DNA of 63,999 nucleotides, the filler included, from Choristocarpus tenellus KU-1152 (lineage: Eukaryota > Protista > Phaeophyceae): assembly GCA_964200185.2 (NCBI GenBank). It is 11 parts of 11 records of this genome, joined end to end, with 100 filler letters (N's around TTAATTAATTAA, not from the genome) between each part and the next. Parts side by side here need not be neighbours in the genome. Positions count along the whole stretch, not along the records: positions 61,495 to 63,999 come from CAXNAD020027242.1; 10 more parts are not named here. One strand, given 5' to 3'. The notes under the pieces were generated by a model, which searched no databases, was not told the origin of the DNA, and saw only the letters and a program-made list of their open reading frames with translations. Within the stretch, counting starts at the first letter, position 1. Each line of letters opens with the position of its first letter. The translations under genes were made by a program, and so were the position numbers. This document shows, piece by piece, positions 61,495 through 63,999 of this stretch.

Positions 61495-63763
61495 TTGAAG
61501 TGGCGGTGGACTTGAGCAATGCCTCGTGTGCATGGCCATAAGAGCGGTGGAAGAGGTTAATGTCGACGTTGGTGTGGGGAGCGTGGGGTGCAAGCGAGGG
61601 GGCTATAGTGGCCTTAAAAGCAACTTCAGCATTTCGATCTAATTGCGGCAATATGTGTTGACCATGGAGGGTGTAGTGGCAACCAGAACCTCTTGTGAAG
61701 TTAAGTACTCCATCTAGTAGCGAGAATGTGCTGGCTATGAAAATGCCTTTTGCACCCCTGCCGGCTTCTGCTTGGCAACAGAAAAGGTTGAATCCAAGAT
61801 CAGGGACATGGGCGACATTCTGAAGGAGTATTCCTACCTCCTTGTTGTCACGTGGCGGAAACAAGATGGTTACATACCATCACCAGCGATGCAAAAGGAA
61901 TTTTGGCTGGCAGTGACTAACCTTTGGTCTCCAACACAAGGCTTGTAATGTCATATATGTTATCATATTTGTCACATGACATGAATCCGCACTGTCCAAA
62001 ATCCATTCTTCCCTCTCGCGGCCAACCCAAAACTTGACACCAAACATTCGTTTACCCCACACTTGCCTGGAGCATTGCTGTTCGGAGAGTCCTCAGTGGC
62101 AACCAGTAGTACGTTTCGCTCCTTGTTGCCGCAGCTGGTGATACTTTCCACAGTAATGTGGGAAGGATTCGCCTCGGTCTTTATCTCTTCCTTCCCAGAG
62201 TCCACCGTAGTCAAGAACACCGAAGTTCATGTTGTAGCATCAAAGGCAAGTCCACCACACTTGGTGCAAATGCGGTTTGGGCAAGCTGTCTTTTCATGTC
62301 CATGCTTACCACATCTCTCACAAGGAATCATCTCGGAACGTTTTGGGTTGGAATTAGAACCATTTTTCTTTCTTCCACCATTAATTTACGTTCGACGCCA
62401 CGACCTTGGCCGTTGCGATGAGACTGACTCTTCCCTTGCGATGAGCTGTTAACGACCAAAGCATGGCTGTTCTTATGACTTGAGTGCTTGCCCTGATGAA
62501 GGGAAGTATATCGCTCTCTAGCAGTTTTCTCTATGTCTGCTCGACATAGTGTTCTCTGCGAGGCCATCATGCGTATCTCGGTATCGTAATCTGATCTGAG
62601 AGCACTCAGGAACTGTAGGAGTAGCAGCTTGTCCGAGATCACCAGGTCCATTGATAACATCTTTCCCCGTAGCTATTCCAGGTGGTTTAAGGTCAGGATC
62701 GGATTCGCCCCCTTCTCCACCTTTGAAGTGAAAAACTCACGGAACAAATGTTGGCTATTACCCACTGTATTAGGCATGAACCAATCATCTATTGCTCGGA
62801 AAAGCTCACTCAGGCTTTGGTGCGTATTATAGCACAGTGCCCTGGTGGTGGGTGCAACGAGAGCAACAGTAAGTGCATGGTAGGCCTCTTCGGCCATCCA
62901 GATATCATTTGCACTGAAGCCATCCGAGAGAATTTCTTCGTAAGAGCGTTCTTGATTGACTGGTCTTTCACTTGTCAACACATCCAAGCAATGGGTATAT
63001 CTGCAATGCACGATGAAACGCCTCCGCCAGTCCTGGTAGTCCGAGTCGTCCAATAGTTTCGGTGGTTGGGTTCTCGATCTCTTTGTCGTAGGGCGAACAA
63101 TATGTGCGCCTGACCCCAAGCTCTCTGAAGAATCGGACCTCTGGCTCACCCCACTTCTGATGCTCCCAGCATCCAAACTGTTTCCCGTCTCTGGGAATAT
63201 TTCCCTCAACATGGGTTCCATAGGACCCACTTCGACTGGTACGCCCCCAGCCGGAGGCCGTGTGCTGGGCAAAGCGGCCTGGATGACGGGATGATCTCCA
63301 TCGCCGACTCTTTCAGACTGAATCATGAGATTGCCAACGTTTCTTGACAACTCCGCTACCGTCGCCATGAGCTGTCTGAATTCTTGGACAGATGGGCCCT
63401 CGGAAGGAACAGGTTCCAGCAATTCTTGAATCGCATCTCCTCGTGTAGACATGATGAAATGATGGATTAGAAACCTAAGGTTCAATATATAGTGTTAAAG
63501 TATCTCCCAAATCATCAAAAAGTATAAATGTGATAAACAAACCCGGCGAGAGTGTTTGCTGTCTGTAGAGTGATTGATTAAAGTTAGGTGGGGCATGCAG
63601 CGCCCCATAAAATTAGAAGTATTTCCTTTTATATGAGAATTTTTCTCATACAACTAATCACTAGTAAAAGGTTCTGATAGCTCAACCACTAATTGATTGT
63701 TCCTTTACTCCGTACATATTTTACCGTAACCGTCCGATAGAGTAGGAAGAGTCTAATCGAACA
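61495..63763 (-). mobile_element. Ty1/Copia LTR retrotransposon, 5' part (LTR, gag, zinc knuckle, protease, GAG-pre-integrase), degenerate
   Basis: LTR starts TGTTCGATTAG at 63763; gag ATG at 63452; DYQDWRRRF; CERCGKHGHEKTAC; WILDSADSCHVT; LQNVAHVPDLGFNLF; DINLFHRSYGH. Contains in-frame stops and frameshifts; cut by the linker. Confidence 0.9.
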
Positions 63764-63834
63764 CAGTCCTGCTCATACACGTCCCCCTTTTTTGGATCTT
63801 GCTTGTTCTTCCTGCCGTTTTTAGCACACACACA

Positions 63835-63999
63835 TGTTCGATTAGACTCTTCCAACTCTATCGGACCGTTACGGTAAAACATGTATGGAGTAATGGAACA
63901 ATCAATTAGTGGTTGAGTTATCAGAACCTTTTACTAGTGATTAGTTGAATGAGAAAAATTGTCATATAAAAGGAAATATTTCTAATTTTATGGGGCCTT
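63835..63999 (+). mobile_element. Second LTR of the same Copia family, opposite orientation
   Basis: 63835-63996 is an imperfect reverse complement of 63602-63763. Confidence 0.85.

Overview
Eukaryotic, intron-rich, transposon-dense DNA. It is most likely a brown alga or related photosynthetic stramenopile (inference from 0.6-6 kb GT-AG introns, CA microsatellites, TTAGGG-like tracts and the TE repertoire). The window is not one locus: it is 11 contig pieces joined by artificial 100-bp linkers (44 N + TTAATTAATTAA + 44 N), so adjacency across linkers is meaningless. Host genes reconstructed by hand from splice sites and reading phase are: (i) the 3' part of a gene encoding two cyclic-nucleotide-binding domains followed by two EF-hands (9 exons, one GC-AG intron); (ii) a head-to-head katanin p80 (KATNB1) / DDX11-CHL1 pair; (iii) a myo-inositol-1-phosphate synthase C-terminus fused, within one exon, to a complete PfkB/ribokinase-family sugar kinase, which is the most interesting item; (iv) a PH-domain gene fragment; (v) a probable O-fucosyltransferase-like pseudogene; (vi) an orphan gene with a duplicated exon motif; and two SET-domain-like relics. 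Mobile DNA includes more than 20 copies or ends of four related MITE families, several with 4-bp TSDs (Sola2-like), a candidate deleted Sola-type transposase, CRE-like RLE non-LTR retrotransposon fragments, a DIRS-type tyrosine-recombinase element and several Ty1/Copia relics, two of which lie back-to-back as an inverted LTR pair. No rRNA, tRNA or CRISPR array was seen. All family assignments come from motif recognition, not from database searches.
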